NCBI RefSeq assembly: GCF_001194135.2
Contig: NC_068987.1
Span: forward strand, 29,517,347-29,568,938
DNA length: 51,592 nucleotides
Direction: 5' to 3'
Source of the DNA: Octopus bimaculoides
Taxonomy: Eukaryota
Shown: in pieces, positions 48,684 through 51,592 of the stretch
Position numbering within the stretch: the first letter of the stretch is position 1
How the letters are laid out: the number at the start of each line of letters is the position of its first letter
Program-made: the position numbers and the translations under genes
The notes under the pieces: generated by a model
Seen by the model: only the letters and a program-made list of their open reading frames with translations
Database searches by the model: none
Told to the model about the DNA's origin: nothing

Positions 48684-48871
48684 CTCTCTCTCTCTCTCTC
48701 TCTCTATCTCTCACTCTCTTTCTCTCTCTCCCTTATCTCCTCCTCTCTCTTTTTCTCTGTATTCTCTCTCTCTCTCTTTCTCTCCGCCTTCAGTTTCTTA
48801 CTCTGTATGTGTGCGTGCGCGCGTTCATGTATATTTTGTGCTGCAAGACTATACATATGTATATATATATG

Positions 48872-48933
<62 letters not shown>
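48684..48933. repeat. (CT)-rich tract at 48684-48785 and (TA)n at 48855-48933
   Basis: Direct reading. Confidence 0.95.
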
Positions 48934-48936
<3 letters not shown>

Positions 48937-49078
48937 GGGGGGGGTGTACATACGTACGCATGTCGAAAAGGGAATGAGAGTGTGCATGTATTATTAATGT
49001 TCTATGCATGATATGATTGTTGGTGAGTACAGATATCAGTACAGAGAATCGTTTTCATTCGTCAAAAAGAGGAGAAAT

Positions 49079-49079
49079 G

Positions 49080-49121
<42 letters not shown>

Positions 49122-49142
49122 TTAATAATAATAATAATAATA

Positions 49143-49186
<44 letters not shown>

Positions 49187-49373
49187 AATAGTAATTGTTT
49201 TAAAGGTTCACCTTAAGGTAGTTTTACACTTCTAAAGATGATAGTGAATCAAGCGAAAACTCGGCCAGGTGACATCCATACCTATTCACATACTAAGATA
49301 TGCTATATGCCAGAGCAATGGGCAGGGGTGATGTAGAGTGATGACAACTTGCATTGTTCGAGTAAAAAGCAGC

Positions 49374-49420
<47 letters not shown>

Positions 49421-49502
49421 NNNNNNNNNNAGTAACAGTAGTAGTAACTACAACAACAACAGCGCCAACGATGATGATGATTATTATCATCATCATCATC
49501 AT
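49079..49502. repeat. Compound trinucleotide tracts: (AAT)(GAT) at 49079-49190; (AGT), gap, (AAC), (GAT), (CAT) at 49372-49502
   Basis: Direct reading. Confidence 0.95.
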
Positions 49503-49826
49503 CTTCCCATATTGATTTGCTCGAAAGCTATCGGTGTTGATGTCACAGAAGAAGGGAAAAAGAAAAAAAAAGAAAAAAAGAAAAGAGATAGAGAGAACGA
49601 AATTCGATCGAGAATTAGATTATCGTATATACTGACACCAATATGGATGGCTATTGAATACAGGATCGGAAGTGCTGACGGTTCTATATCGAAATAATAT
49701 TCTTGCTTTTAGAACGATATAGAAATAGTCGTTTCTGTGTATATATACAGATATGTGTGTATGTAAATATTATTAAGCAGTATTTTTTTATGGACAGATA
49801 TGTGCGTATGTATGTAAGTGCATGTA

Positions 49827-49866
<40 letters not shown>

Positions 49867-50853
49867 NNNNNNNNNNNNNNNNNNNNNNNNNNNNNNNNNN
49901 NNNNNNNNNNNNNNNNNNNNNNNNNNNNNNNNNNNNNNNNNNNNNNNNNNNNNNNNNNNNNNNNNNNNNNNNNNNNNNNNNNNNNNNNNNNNNNNNNNNN
50001 NNNNNNNNNNNNNNNNNNNNNNNNNNNNNNNNNNNNNNNNNNNNNNNNNNNNNNNNNNNNNNNNNNNNNNNNNNNNNNNNNNNNNNNNNNNNNNNNNNNN
50101 NNNNNNNNNNNNNNNNNNNNNNNNNNNNNNNNNNNNNNNNNNNNNNNNNNNNNNNNNNNNNNNNNNNNNNNNNNNNNNNNNNNNNNNNNNNNNNNNNNNN
50201 NNNNNNNNNNNNNNNNNNNNNNNNNNNNNNNNNNNNNNNNNNNNNNNNNNNNNNNNNNNNNNNNNNNNNNNNNNNNNNNNNNNNNNNNNNNNNNNNNNNN
50301 NNNNNNNNNNNNNNNNNNNNNNNNNNNNNNNNNNNNNNNNNNNNNNNNNNNNNNNNNNNNNNNNNNNNNNNNNNNNNNNNNNNNNNNNNNNNNNNNNNNN
50401 NNNNNNNNNNNNNNNNNNNNNNNNNNNNNNNNNNNNNNNNNNNNNNNNNNNNNNNNNNNNNNNNNNNNNNNNNNNNNNNNNNNNNNNNNNNNNNNNNNNN
50501 NNNNNNNNNNNNNNNNNNNNNNNNNNNNNNNNNNNNNNNNNNNNNNNNNNNNNNNNNNNNNNNNNNNNNNNNNNNNNNNNNNNNNNNNNNNNNNNNNNNN
50601 NNNNNNNNNNNNNNNNNNNNNNNNNNNNNNNNNNNNNNNNNNNNNNNNNNNNNNNNNNNNNNNNNNNNNNNNNNNNNNNNNNNNNNNNNNNNNNNNNNNN
50701 NNNNNNNNNNNNNNNNNNNNNNNNNNNNNNNNNNNNNNNNNNNNNNNNNNNNNNNNNNNNNNNNNNNNNNNNNNNNNNNNNNNNNNNNNNNNNNNNNNNN
50801 NNNNNNNNNNNNNNNNNNNNNNNNNNNNNNNNNNNNNNNNNNNNNNNNNNNNN
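49867..50853. other. Largest assembly gap, flanked by (TA)n
   Basis: N run. Confidence 1.
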
Positions 50854-51211
50854 TATATATATATACACACAGACATACATATACGTATGTATGCATGCAT
50901 GCATATGTATATGTGTGGTTGTGTAGAGTTCATTTCACTATATTGTTCTGTTACTCGTCCTGCTTTTTTTATTGCTTTTTTTTTCTTTTGGGTTTTTTTT
51001 TGTATTTAACTGTTGTTATTGTAGTTATTGCTGCTGCTGTTACTGTTAGCTCTTTCTAGCTTGTAGCTAAATTAAAAGAATTTTATGTAAATATTTACGT
51101 TTATTGATTTACGTTGCAATACAAGTTTTCATGTCTTTCACGATATAAAACTAGTTGATAGTTGTGAGTTTAATATATAAAGCTAAACCAAAGAATCGAA
51201 ACAAAAACGTG

Positions 51212-51292
51212 ACGGTGATGATGATGATGATAATGGTGATGTTGATGGTAATGGTGGTGGTGATTGTTATGGTGGCGGTGGCGGTGATGGCG
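51212..51292. repeat. Degenerate (GAT)/(GGT) tract
   Basis: Direct reading. Confidence 0.85.
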
Positions 51293-51592
51293 TAGGAAAA
51301 ACGTCAAGTCAAAAACAAACAACGACAAAAAAAACACGAGATATGACGATATAATAAATACAGCTAGATCTAACGAAGCAACGGAGATGAGTATAAGTCA
51401 ATAAATAGTCACAGCTGAGCTAGCAGCACAACAGAGGTCTATAAACATACAATCGCTGAGATAAGAAATTTTCGCGAAGATGACTGTAATTTGATAAACC
51501 AAACACAAATATGATATAACTCACTAATTATATAGCGGCAAAATACATTGTCACCAACAATATGATATACACACACACACATATATATATAT

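Overview
This is AT-rich, repeat-saturated eukaryotic DNA with ten assembly gaps. The SINE families and microsatellite density resemble an octopus/cephalopod genome, but that is an inference. I cannot support any host protein-coding gene, rRNA, functional tRNA or CRISPR array. The ORF track is almost entirely microsatellite, N-gap or antisense-to-transposon artefact. What can be read is a transposable-element graveyard. DNA transposons: a full-length dead mariner (D,D34D), a full-length dead Tc1 (D,D34E), a mariner-derived head-to-head foldback element, another mariner relic and a Helitron Rep relic. Retroelements: three R4/Dong-type pieces next to trinucleotide tracts, two L1/Tx1 pieces, RTE and CR1-type RT relics, three Penelope-like relics, and more than 20 tRNA-derived SINE copies from several families. 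The most interesting signals are RNA-structural. There are five minimal hammerhead-ribozyme-like motifs, one with a complete core at 6374-6409 (minus strand). One motif lies in a possible composite element of tRNA head, (AAT)n and hammerhead tail that appears split by a Dong insertion (45501-46460). All alignments and translations were done by eye; no databases were searched.
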